DNA from: Candidatus Sulfomarinibacteraceae bacterium
GTDB taxonomy: Bacteria; Acidobacteriota; Thermoanaerobaculia; Thermoanaerobaculales; Sulfomarinibacteraceae
Direction of reading: 5' to 3'
Assembly (NCBI GenBank): GCA_963796455.1
Contig: CAWCLO010000010.1
Coordinates: 544,001 to 608,000, forward strand
DNA: 64,000 nt
Numbering within the stretch: position 1 is the first letter of the stretch; the number at the start of each line of letters is the position of its first letter. The notes beneath the pieces are model-generated. The model made no database searches. It had not been told where the DNA came from and was given only the letters and a program-made list of their open reading frames with translations. Below, in pieces: positions 11,809 to 22,020 of the stretch. The position numbers and the translations under genes are program-made.

Positions 11809-12162
11809 TTACTTGGTCGGGTTCAAGAGCCGCCACGTCATCGCGCGGACTTGATCGAAGGCGTTCATCGTTTCACGGGCTCCGTTCGGGCTGATCGCCC
11901 CGGCGTCGGCGAGGATCTGCAAGTGGCTGTCGACCTCTTTGGCCGAGGCGTAGGCGATTCTCCAGTGGTTCAAACGGTCTCTACCGAAACGGCCGTGGCC
12001 TTCTGCCGGGTTCGCAGGGACTGAACTCGCCGATCGGACTACCTGATCGGCTATGGATTTCAGCGGAGCTGGAACCCTCATCACGAGTTTGATCGCGATG
12101 CCTGCTGATTCGAGGGCTTTCGAGTGGGCAACGAGGTTGGTGGTCGTGGCGGCGTTGGACAT
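11809..12162 (-). CDS. Four helix bundle protein (23S rRNA IVP / Avd-like family)
   Basis: 117 aa; DQVVRSASSVPAN.AEG.GR and IAYASAKEV..HL motifs typical of the family; GGAGGT RBS before ATG 12162. Confidence 0.85.
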   Translation of the reverse strand: MSNAATTTNLVAHSKALESAGIAIKLVMRVPAPLKSIADQVVRSASSVPANPAEGHGRFGRDRLNHWRIAYASAKEVDSHLQILADAGAISPNGARETMNAFDQVRAMTWRLLNPTK

Positions 12163-12299
12163 GGTCACCTCCGGGTCGTTCATGCCCATTCCCACAAGCC
12201 GGTGTGGTGGCCGATGTCAAGGATGCCCTGCACCCTGCCTGTCCTTGACATCGGCCGCCCACCGGCTACGCCTTTCGTTGAACGACCCGGAGGTGACCA
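12162..12299. repeat. Long imperfect palindrome covering the RBS of the four-helix-bundle gene
   Basis: Perfect 21-bp IR at 12162-12182/12279-12299, 8-bp IR at 12197-12204/12260-12267, 17/18-bp IR at 12206-12223/12242-12259, 18-nt loop. Confidence 0.92.
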
Positions 12300-12302
12300 C
12301 GC

Positions 12303-12445
12303 CGTCGCTGCACCTGATCGCTGTTCACTGTCCCTGCCGCTGATCGCTGACGCTGTTCCCTGTCGCTGCCGCTGACTACTGTTCGCTGACGCTGTCCCTG
12401 ATCACTGTCGCTGCCGCTGTAATTCGGGATCGGGATCGGGATCGG
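12303..12445. repeat. Inner right arm: (N)NCGCTG array followed by (CGGGAT)x3
   Basis: Roughly 18 degenerate ...CTG-ending units at 12303-12419; CGGGAT x3 at 12425-12442. Confidence 0.8.
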
Positions 12446-12499
12446 ACACGGGCAACCGCGAACCGGAAATGCCACAAACCAACCCGTAAACCACGTGTT

Positions 12500-12523
12500 G
12501 TCAGGTGGGTAACCTCACCTGAC
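12500..12523. repeat. Small REP-like hairpin
   Basis: GTCAGGTG-GGTAACCT-CACCTGAC, followed by GGCTTTT on the + strand. Confidence 0.6.
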
Positions 12524-12546
12524 GGCTTTTCAAGGGTGGTGTGTGA

Positions 12547-12582
12547 TGAATCCTGAATCCTGCGCCCTGAATCTTGTACCTG
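12547..12582. repeat. Outer right arm: TGAATCC-type 7-mer array
   Basis: TGAATCC TGAATCC TGCGCCC TGAATCT TGTACC TG; its reverse-complement unit GGATTCA matches the left-arm GGATGCA at 6/7. Confidence 0.7.
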
Positions 12583-12594
12583 GGTTGGCGGGCG

Positions 12595-13293
12595 CTACTT
12601 GTGCACCAGATGCTTCATCTCCGACTGGCCGAGGTCGGATTCGGCACTGATGACGACCGCGGAGGTGCCACCGGAGAACCCGGGCATCGTGATTTCCGAT
12701 GAGAAGCCCCCGGAGGAATCGGTTTCACCCTCGGCCAGGACGAGGCGGCGCGGTTCGGCGGTCGATTTGAAGAGCACCGACACCCGGACTCCCGCCTGTG
12801 GTTGATGGCCGAGCGAGTCGACGGCAACCACATTGATCTTGGCCTCCTGGCCGTAAACAAATTCGTGCTCGCCGGCTGCGCGCAAAATCAGGTGGGCCTT
12901 GCCGCGCTGGGACTCCAGATAATCCAATATCACCTGGTCGAGGGACTGTTCCTCTCCATCGGTTTCGATGGGCGCTTCGATCTGACCGCTGGTGATGGTC
13001 GTGTCATCTTCATTTGGCACCTGTTCGATGGTGCCCGTGAGTCGTCCCAGCCCACCGGTTTGAACAGCGTCCACGATGGCCCGGTGTTGCCGTTCCATCA
13101 TGGTGGCAATGGCTTCGTTCTCCACGTGCTGCTCCACCAGATCGTGGTACGGCGTTCGCCGGGTGTAGAGGATTTCTCCGCTGGTGTAGACGAGGGATTC
13201 GACGAGGGGATTGGACCGCCCTTTGTCCTCGGTCTGCACATGGTACGTGGTGCCCGAGTAATCGATATCCGTGTTATACCCAGTCAGAACCAC
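12595..13293 (-). CDS. Hypothetical protein (N-terminal GYNTD...YHVQTEDKG domain, beta-rich C-terminal domain)
   Basis: 232-aa ORF with GGAGG-like RBS and upstream TTGACC-N17-TAGTCT promoter. Confidence 0.75.
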   Translation of the reverse strand: MVLTGYNTDIDYSGTTYHVQTEDKGRSNPLVESLVYTSGEILYTRRTPYHDLVEQHVENEAIATMMERQHRAIVDAVQTGGLGRLTGTIEQVPNEDDTTITSGQIEAPIETDGEEQSLDQVILDYLESQRGKAHLILRAAGEHEFVYGQEAKINVVAVDSLGHQPQAGVRVSVLFKSTAEPRRLVLAEGETDSSGGFSSEITMPGFSGGTSAVVISAESDLGQSEMKHLVHK

Positions 13294-13511
13294 GTTGACT
13301 CAATCCCCTCCAAATAAAAGACTAGCGCGGAGTGCGCTGATGGTCAATCCGGGGTCTCGTCACCCTTGGAGCGATCACACCCCGGCTTGGTCAACACCGC
13401 CCGCGGCATTCGCTCGCGATGTGGCGGTTTCTGGCGGGAAATCGGACCCCGCCCGCGGTTCATCGGTCGCCCCGTTTCTTCGAAAGCCTCGGGTGGCCTT
13501 ACAATCAGGCC

Positions 13512-13931
13512 ATGGCGGAGCTCTGTGTGCTTTTCATATGTATCGGCAATAGTTGCCGCTCACCGATGGCCGAGGCCATGACGCGGCAATTGGGCGGCCC
13601 CGGGGTCGATGCGCGCTCCGCCGGGTTGGCTCCTGCCGGGTGGGTCGCCGAGCGGACCATCCAGACACTCGATCGCCTCGGCTACGATTCGGAAGATCTT
13701 CATTCAAAGGGCATCGATGACGTCGACACGGACGACGTGGACATCGTGGTTTCCCTGCTTGGCGACGAAATGCCCGACCTCCTGCCACGCTGCGGCGGTG
13801 CCCGGCGGGAACAATGGCCGGTCTACGACCCCTTTGGCGAGGATGAAGCCACCTACCTCGAGGTCGCGCGGCAGATCGAGAGTCGAGTCCGCCGGCTTCT
13901 CGACGAAGAGCTCGAGGCGGAACTTCTCTGA
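13512..13931 (+). CDS. Low-molecular-weight phosphatase / arsenate reductase (LMWPc) family protein
   Basis: VLFICIGNSCRSPMAEA P-loop CX5R, SAG, W.V.DP motif. Confidence 0.88.
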   Translation: MAELCVLFICIGNSCRSPMAEAMTRQLGGPGVDARSAGLAPAGWVAERTIQTLDRLGYDSEDLHSKGIDDVDTDDVDIVVSLLGDEMPDLLPRCGGARREQWPVYDPFGEDEATYLEVARQIESRVRRLLDEELEAELL

Positions 13932-13960
13932 CGCTGATATCTCTCACTGATCAGGACGGC

Positions 13961-14485
13961 GTGTGGCAAACTGGGCTCGTGGAATTCAACGAAGTGTACG
14001 AGCGCTTTCGCACGCCGGTGTGGCGGCTCGCTCTGCGACTCACACGATCCGAGGAGGAGGCGCTCGACACGACGCAGGAGATATTCCTGCGGGTATGGCG
14101 CGGCCTGCCGGGTTTTCGAGGAGAGGCAAAGATCTCGACATGGGTGTTTCAAATTGCCTGGAACTATCTCCGGGCATATCGGCGGAAGAAGGGACGGCAG
14201 TTGCAGGTGTTCAGTGAACCCCGCGAGGATCCGCGTCTGGCTGCGGTTGAGGTCCGCGACCCTGCACCCGATCCCGAGCGCCGGGCGGCTTCGGTTGAAA
14301 TGCTCGATGCCGTGGAGGCCGCTCTTCGTCGTCTTCCCGAGCACTATCGGGTCATCATCTGGTTGCGCGATGGTGAAGACCTCAGTTATCAAGAAATCGC
14401 CGAAGTTCTCGATGTGCCGATCGGCACCGTTCGCTCAAGGCTCGCGCGGGCCCGGGACTCTCTGCGGCGGCTGGTGGAGGCGTGA
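13961..14485 (+). CDS. ECF RNA polymerase sigma factor
   Basis: D..QEIFLRVW, FRGEAKISTW region 2; LSYQEIAEVL.VPIGTVRSRLARAR region 4; alternative start GTG 13979. Confidence 0.9.
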   Translation: MWQTGLVEFNEVYERFRTPVWRLALRLTRSEEEALDTTQEIFLRVWRGLPGFRGEAKISTWVFQIAWNYLRAYRRKKGRQLQVFSEPREDPRLAAVEVRDPAPDPERRAASVEMLDAVEAALRRLPEHYRVIIWLRDGEDLSYQEIAEVLDVPIGTVRSRLARARDSLRRLVEA

Positions 14486-15552
14486 TGGACGACCCTACAA
14501 ACGAACGCCTCAGCCGCTATCTCGATGGTGATCTCGGTCCGGATGAAGCGCGCGAGTTCGCGGCCCAGGTGGCGTCCGATCCGCGCCTCAGAAACAGATT
14601 GCGCGAGATCGAGGAGACCCGGTCCGCTCTCGGCGCCATGGCCGCCCGTGATCAGCCACCCCTCGAGCTCGACCGGGTCATCGAGCCGCTGCTGCGGAGC
14701 GCCCCGGTCAGGGTGGGGGCTCGACCGTGGGTGCGGTGGTTGGCCACCGCGGCAGCCGTCGTGCTTGGTGTGACGGTGATCACGCAGGTCAACCGGCAGG
14801 GAATCGGTCCGACGATGCCCTTGGAGCGATCCACCAGATCCCAGGGAGCGCCGGCCGAGCCGACCGAGAGGTTCGCGCTCGCTCCCCTCCCCACAAGCTC
14901 GCTTCCGATCGACGAGCAACCGGTTGGTGCCGGCGATCGTTTGATCGCGAGCCCCGTCCCGGAAATGGTGTTCGAGGAATCCCCCGCCCTCGAGGTCATC
15001 GGGCCGCTGGAGTCAGCGCCCGAAACGGAGGAAAAGACAGACCTCATGGATCATGACCAGACTTCGACCGGCTACAACATGGTTGCCGACCAGGCCGTCG
15101 CCGCCCCGGCGCCCGGCCGCAGCCATGAAACCGCCACGATGAGAATCCTTGTTCCATCGCCCCCCCCGTCGAAGGAAGAATTCGATACGGCGCAAAAATC
15201 AGCGGCAGCGGCCCCTGAATCGGCACCCGCCGGCAAGGACTCGGTTGCAGATGGCCTCGGCTCCCGCCAACCTGCAATGCAGGCTCAACTCTTCATCTTT
15301 GACGAGGACCGAACGGAGTGGCGGGATTTTGAACCCACAGACCGTTGTAAGAATGGTCGCTACGCGCTGCGGGTTCGTGTCGAGGGCGGTCGGGTTGTGG
15401 AGGTCTGGCCGGTTGGGGCAGCCACATCGAGGGCGCCGCAAGAGCGGCTGTGTGCCGCGGGCCTGGTGACGGATCTCGAGATGACTGACGTCCCGGATGG
15501 TGAATACCACGCCGAGGTCGTCATCGAGGTGGGAAGCCCCGGCGGGCGGTAG
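14485..15552 (+). CDS. Putative membrane-anchored anti-sigma factor
   Basis: N-terminal LSRYLDGDL (zf-HC2-like, no Cys/His ligands), one TM helix WLATAAAVVLGVTVI; overlaps the sigma stop. Confidence 0.7.
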   Translation: MDDPTNERLSRYLDGDLGPDEAREFAAQVASDPRLRNRLREIEETRSALGAMAARDQPPLELDRVIEPLLRSAPVRVGARPWVRWLATAAAVVLGVTVITQVNRQGIGPTMPLERSTRSQGAPAEPTERFALAPLPTSSLPIDEQPVGAGDRLIASPVPEMVFEESPALEVIGPLESAPETEEKTDLMDHDQTSTGYNMVADQAVAAPAPGRSHETATMRILVPSPPPSKEEFDTAQKSAAAAPESAPAGKDSVADGLGSRQPAMQAQLFIFDEDRTEWRDFEPTDRCKNGRYALRVRVEGGRVVEVWPVGAATSRAPQERLCAAGLVTDLEMTDVPDGEYHAEVVIEVGSPGGR

Positions 15553-15683
15553 GCCGGAGACGCTGGGTCCCAGAACCCTCTCTTTTCCCAGGAACGCACC
15601 GGGGTGACCGGCAACGGGCCCGACCCGAACCTACAAGATCCGAGCCAGCCCGCACCTCTTACCAGGTTTCGTCGCAGGGCAGG

Positions 15684-16019
15684 CTAAAAGCTCCCCAACG
15701 CCTCGCGTTCGTCGTCAAAAACGTCAAAAACGGTGATCAACTGAGTGACCTGAAGAATATCGGTGATCTTGGGTGAAAGATGCATCAGTTTGAGCTGTCC
15801 ACCGCGCTTGGTGACCGTTGTGTAACAGGCCACCATCTCGCCGATTCCGGATGAATCGATCGCGGTCACGCCACCGAGATCGAAGACGACCTTGGTGATG
15901 TCCTCCTCGAGGGCCTGCGCCACCAATTCACGAATTTTGACGTCACCGGTGCCGATTGTGATCTTGCCGCTGAGCTCGATGATTCGAATGTCGCCGAGGT
16001 CACGGGTGCTGCTTTTCAT
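15684..16019 (-). CDS. STAS domain anti-sigma factor antagonist (RsbV/SpoIIAA-like)
   Basis: DL.GV..IDSSGIG phospho-Ser motif, 111 aa. Confidence 0.9.
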   Translation of the reverse strand: MKSSTRDLGDIRIIELSGKITIGTGDVKIRELVAQALEEDITKVVFDLGGVTAIDSSGIGEMVACYTTVTKRGGQLKLMHLSPKITDILQVTQLITVFDVFDDEREALGSF

Positions 16020-16070
16020 TTCGTACTCCTTTGGTCGAAAGCTGATCGGTGACCTGCGCTGGAGGCCCCG

Positions 16071-16517
16071 TCACGATCCATTCTCGTCGTTTTTCTTGAG
16101 GTCGCGTACCATGACGACAGCCGTACCACCCGACGGGGCGCGGCCGATCTCGACATGGTCCATGAACTGTCGCATGTAAAAGATACCGCGTCCACTGGGG
16201 CGCAGCAAATTCTCGGGGTCGGTGGGATCCGGGACGTCTTTCGGATCGAATCCGTCGCCCTCATCCTCGATTCTGATGGTCACGGTGGAATCGTTCACCT
16301 CGTACTCGAGATGGACATTTCGTTTGGGATCCTGCCGGTTGCCGTGGCGGACCGCATTGGCAACAGCCTCCCGCAACGCCGTCGTCAACCAGTACTCGCT
16401 ATCTTCGCTACAACCGGCTCGCTGACACAGATCGACGAGAGCGCGCTCGGCGACCTCGATATTGTCGAAGCGGCTCGCGAGCACGAGGCTGGCTTTCAAA
16501 TGTATATCGGCAACCAT
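16071..16517 (-). CDS. Anti-sigma factor Ser/Thr kinase (RsbW-like, HATPase_c_2)
   Basis: EAVANAVRHGN, DEGDGFD, GRGIFYMRQFMD. Confidence 0.9.
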   Translation of the reverse strand: MVADIHLKASLVLASRFDNIEVAERALVDLCQRAGCSEDSEYWLTTALREAVANAVRHGNRQDPKRNVHLEYEVNDSTVTIRIEDEGDGFDPKDVPDPTDPENLLRPSGRGIFYMRQFMDHVEIGRAPSGGTAVVMVRDLKKNDENGS

Positions 16518-16559
16518 CAGACGGCACAGTATAACAACGGCAAGTACCTACCCAGGGAC

Positions 16560-16928
16560 TCAGTCGTTGTCCGTGGTTTCCTCGGCGTCGCCTTCGCTCG
16601 CCGGTTCCACCATCTGTAAAACCCATTTGTGGAAGTTTGGCTCGGCCGCCGTGATCGGCAGGGAGAGAATCTCGGGCAACTCGTAAGAGTGAAACTCCCG
16701 AATCGCCGCAGAGACGTCATCAAAGAACCTTTTGGGGGTTTTGATCAACAATAGGTACTCGGTGTCCTCGCACACCTTCCCCTTCCAACGATAAATGGAC
16801 CGCAGGCAGGGAACGATATTGACGCAGGTGGCGAGCCGTCGAGCAATGAGCTCTTCGGAGATCTCCACTGCCTGTTGCTCGGTACCGACGGAGGTCATTA
16901 TGAGCGTGATCTTCTCGAGATCGGTCAT
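16560..16928 (-). CDS. cutA: Divalent-cation tolerance protein CutA
   Basis: LATCVNI, SIYRWKG, HSYELPEI. Confidence 0.92.
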   Translation of the reverse strand: MTDLEKITLIMTSVGTEQQAVEISEELIARRLATCVNIVPCLRSIYRWKGKVCEDTEYLLLIKTPKRFFDDVSAAIREFHSYELPEILSLPITAAEPNFHKWVLQMVEPASEGDAEETTDND

Positions 16929-16934
16929 GGTCGA

Positions 16935-16963
16935 ACGCTAGCTGAGATATCCGGGTGAGTCAA
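16935..16963 (-). promoter_or_regulatory. Sigma70-type promoter of cutA, leaderless geometry
   Basis: TTGACT-N17-TAGCGT-N6-ATG. Confidence 0.65.
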
Positions 16964-16971
16964 GGTCTTGC

Positions 16972-17580
16972 TCAGTAGTGGCGGAGCAGACCGACCACTA
17001 CACCCTGGACGCTGACTTCACGCGCAGGAACGATCATCGTCGGCAAATCCGGGTTGGAGGGTTGCAGGCGGATGGTCGAGTCCTTTTCGCGATAGATCCT
17101 TTTGAGGGTGACCTCATCGGCAACCCTGGCCACGACCATCTCTCCATCGGTGGCGGTTTCGGTCTGTTGCACCACGACGAGGTCGCCGTCGTGAACCCCG
17201 TCACCGATCATCGAGTCGCCACGAACACGCAACACATAGTGCGAACCACCGCGGAGAAAATCGGTCGGGACCGAAATCCGCTCGTCATCAGGGATACTCT
17301 CGATCGGCGATCCGGCCGCAACCACACCGTAAAGCGGCACCTCGGCGGCGCCGACCTGGTTGGCGGGCCCGGAGGCCAGCACGAGACCTCGCTTCTGGTG
17401 TTTTTGGCGGGCGAGAAATCCCTTGCGCTCGAGATGTGCAACGTGTTTTTGAGCACTTGCAGTGCTCCGAAAACCGAATTCGGTGGCGATTTCCTGAAGA
17501 GTCGGGGCGACGCCGTCGTTTTCGATCCGATCCTCGATGAATCGGAGAACATCACGCTGGCGCTCGGTCAGATAGGTCAT
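16972..17580 (-). CDS. lexA: SOS repressor LexA
   Basis: LTERQ..PT..EI winged HTH, VAAG cleavage site, GDSM catalytic Ser, VTLK catalytic Lys. Confidence 0.95.
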   Translation of the reverse strand: MTYLTERQRDVLRFIEDRIENDGVAPTLQEIATEFGFRSTASAQKHVAHLERKGFLARQKHQKRGLVLASGPANQVGAAEVPLYGVVAAGSPIESIPDDERISVPTDFLRGGSHYVLRVRGDSMIGDGVHDGDLVVVQQTETATDGEMVVARVADEVTLKRIYREKDSTIRLQPSNPDLPTMIVPAREVSVQGVVVGLLRHY

Positions 17581-17599
17581 GGATTCAACCCCCACCATG

Positions 17600-17628
17600 A
17601 CCATAGGTGATAATAAGGCGTAAGTCAA
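17600..17628 (-). promoter_or_regulatory. lexA promoter with a candidate operator in its spacer
   Basis: TTGACT-N17-TATGGT; spacer reads GGTGATAATAAGGCGTAA on + (17606-17623). Confidence 0.65.
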
Positions 17629-17633
17629 CGCGG

Positions 17634-17676
17634 TTTCACCGAGAGGGCACATCGGGAGTGTGCCCTCTCGGTGAAA
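17634..17676. terminator. Perfect 18-bp inverted repeat downstream of tRNA-Pro (terminator-like hairpin)
   Basis: TTTCACCGAGAGGGCACA-N7-TGTGCCCTCTCGGTGAAA; no clear U-tract. Confidence 0.55.
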
Positions 17677-17683
17677 TATAAAA

Positions 17684-17760
17684 TGGTCGGGGCGAGTGGA
17701 CTTGAACCACCGGCCTCACGGTCCCGAACCGTGCGCTCTACCAGACTGAGCTACGCCCCG
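17684..17760 (-). tRNA. tRNA-Pro(CGG)
   Basis: Reverse complement CGGGGCGTAGCTCAG...; anticodon arm CACGG-TTCGGGA-CCGTG; CCA end; upstream TTGCAT-N17-TAGAGT promoter. Confidence 0.95.
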
Positions 17761-17832
17761 CCGGGCGGCTACTCTAGCCAAATACCTCGCGCGATGCAAG
17801 CGACTTTTTTTTAAGCCCTTGTGGGCGAACGC

Positions 17833-19170
17833 TCAGAGACCGAAAAGCGTCGCCAGAATGAGCGCGATCGACACCGGGCAGACGAAGCGCACAAAGAACT
17901 TCCAGACCGGGGCGAGGCGTTCGAACAGGGACGACGTGGATGCGATCTCTGCCGCGGCGCGATCGAGCCGCCAGACAAAAATCCCAAACAGACAGAGCAT
18001 CAGCGAACCAAAGGCGAGGGACAGATTGCCCCAGATGAAGTCCATGACGTTCAAGAAACCGGTCTGGCCGATCCATTGCAGCGAGGAGAAAGGATCGATG
18101 CCCGCCACGTCCAGTGCCGAAGGAAGTCCGACAAAAAGGGTCGCGCCGCTGACTACCCAGACGGCCTTGGCGCGTGACCACGACAACTCGTCGACGAAAT
18201 ACGCCGTCACGACCTCCAGCAGAGAAACCGTTGAGGTCAGGGCCGCAACACTCAAAAGAAAAAAGAAGATCAATGCGACCCCGGTGCCGCCGGCCATTTC
18301 TGCGAAGACCGCGGGAAGGATCTGGAAGATCAGGGTGGGGCCGGCGGCGGGATCCTGGCCGAGGGCAAAAACCGCCGGAAAGATCATCAACCCGGCAAAG
18401 ATCGCGATCAGGGTGTCAAAGACCACGACCCAGGTTCCGCAGCGGAGAATGTCCTGTTTCTTCGAAAGATAGGAACCATAGGTGAGCATGGCGCCCATGC
18501 CGAGCGACAGAGAAAAGAACGCCTGCGCCATGGCACTGAGTACGACCCGGCCGTCGATTTTGGACAGGTCCGGCATCAGAAACCACCGCACCCCTTCCAT
18601 CGATCCCGGAAGCATGAGCCCGCGCACAATCACACCGAGCATCGTCACCAGCAGGAGCGGCATCAGGATCTTCGCCCACCGTTCGATCCCACGCTGCACA
18701 CCCCCGATCACAACCAATACCGTCAGCACGAGGAAAAATGCGAAGTACGCGACCGTGGCCGTTGCCGAACCCCCATAAACTTCGGGCGTACCCTGAACCA
18801 GGGCCTGTCCATAGGACACACAGAAGGCCACGACCTTGCCGGCGATCACTGCATAATAAGACAGGATGCCGAGCCCGGTCAGGAGCGCGAGATAACCGAG
18901 GTGGCGCCAACGGGTGCCCGGACGAATGGCGAGAAACGCACCAACCGGGTTCTTCTGGGTGGCGCGACCCAGGCTGATTTCCAACAACATGACGGGGAGC
19001 GCGATAAAGACCACACACACCAGATAGATGAGGACGAAGGCCCCGCCGCCGCTCTCTCCGGCGACATATGGAAAGCGCCAGATGTTGCCGAGGCCCACGG
19101 CCGAACCGGCAGCCGCAAGAACAAAACCGAGCTGCGAACTCCACTCTCCACGACCTGATGGTGCGCTCAC
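17833..19170 (-). CDS. Sodium-dependent transporter, NSS/SNF family
   Basis: AGSAVGLGNIWRFPY, QAFFSLSLG; upstream TTGACA-N17-TAGGTT. Confidence 0.92.
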   Translation of the reverse strand: MSAPSGRGEWSSQLGFVLAAAGSAVGLGNIWRFPYVAGESGGGAFVLIYLVCVVFIALPVMLLEISLGRATQKNPVGAFLAIRPGTRWRHLGYLALLTGLGILSYYAVIAGKVVAFCVSYGQALVQGTPEVYGGSATATVAYFAFFLVLTVLVVIGGVQRGIERWAKILMPLLLVTMLGVIVRGLMLPGSMEGVRWFLMPDLSKIDGRVVLSAMAQAFFSLSLGMGAMLTYGSYLSKKQDILRCGTWVVVFDTLIAIFAGLMIFPAVFALGQDPAAGPTLIFQILPAVFAEMAGGTGVALIFFFLLSVAALTSTVSLLEVVTAYFVDELSWSRAKAVWVVSGATLFVGLPSALDVAGIDPFSSLQWIGQTGFLNVMDFIWGNLSLAFGSLMLCLFGIFVWRLDRAAAEIASTSSLFERLAPVWKFFVRFVCPVSIALILATLFGL

Positions 19171-19286
19171 TCAAGACCCCCCATATGCGGAAATGGCGAC
19201 ATCCCGTCCGTGAGACGGTGTCTCCATGCAAAACCTAGTTGGTCGACACCACCGTGTCAAACGGTCGGGGGCTCAGCGACACGCCC

Positions 19287-19693
19287 TCAGGCGTCGGTCC
19301 CGGAGGTTGCGTTGATCCGCGCTTCGGCCAACCGCAGCGCCGCGTCGACCTCGTCGAAATTTTCGGCGGAGGCCGTCTTGAGCTGCTCCTGCGCTTCGCT
19401 GAGCGCGGTCCGCGCCGCACCCACATCGATCTCGTCGATGGTTTCGGCGACCGTCGCGAGCACGGTGACCGCATCCGGCTGAATCTCGGCAAAGCCGCCC
19501 TGAATCACAACTCGACCGGTTGTAGCGCCATCGGAAAACTTCACTTCGCCGGTGCCGAGAGACGTCAAGAGGGGGGTGTGGCCGGGCAGGATTCCGAGCT
19601 CTCCGAGCGCACCGGGAATTCTGACCTCGGAGGCCCGGCCCTCGAGCACCCGGCGGGAAGGGGTCACAACCTCAAGTCGCAGGGTATCGGCCA

Positions 19694-19694
<1 letters not shown>
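19287..19694 (-). CDS. atpC: ATP synthase F1 epsilon
   Basis: LEVVTP, GELGILPGH, GGFAE. Confidence 0.95.

Positions 19695-22012
<2,318 letters not shown>

Positions 22013-22020
<8 letters not shown>

Noticed and set aside
11809..12162. Diversity-generating retroelement, suggested by the Avd-like fold
   Set aside because: No reverse transcriptase and no template/variable repeat pair with adenine-specific differences in the window
15553..15683. Possible ncRNA (6S/SRP) between convergent genes
   Set aside because: No SRP or 6S signature or convincing long stem recognised by eye; an Rfam/Infernal scan would settle it
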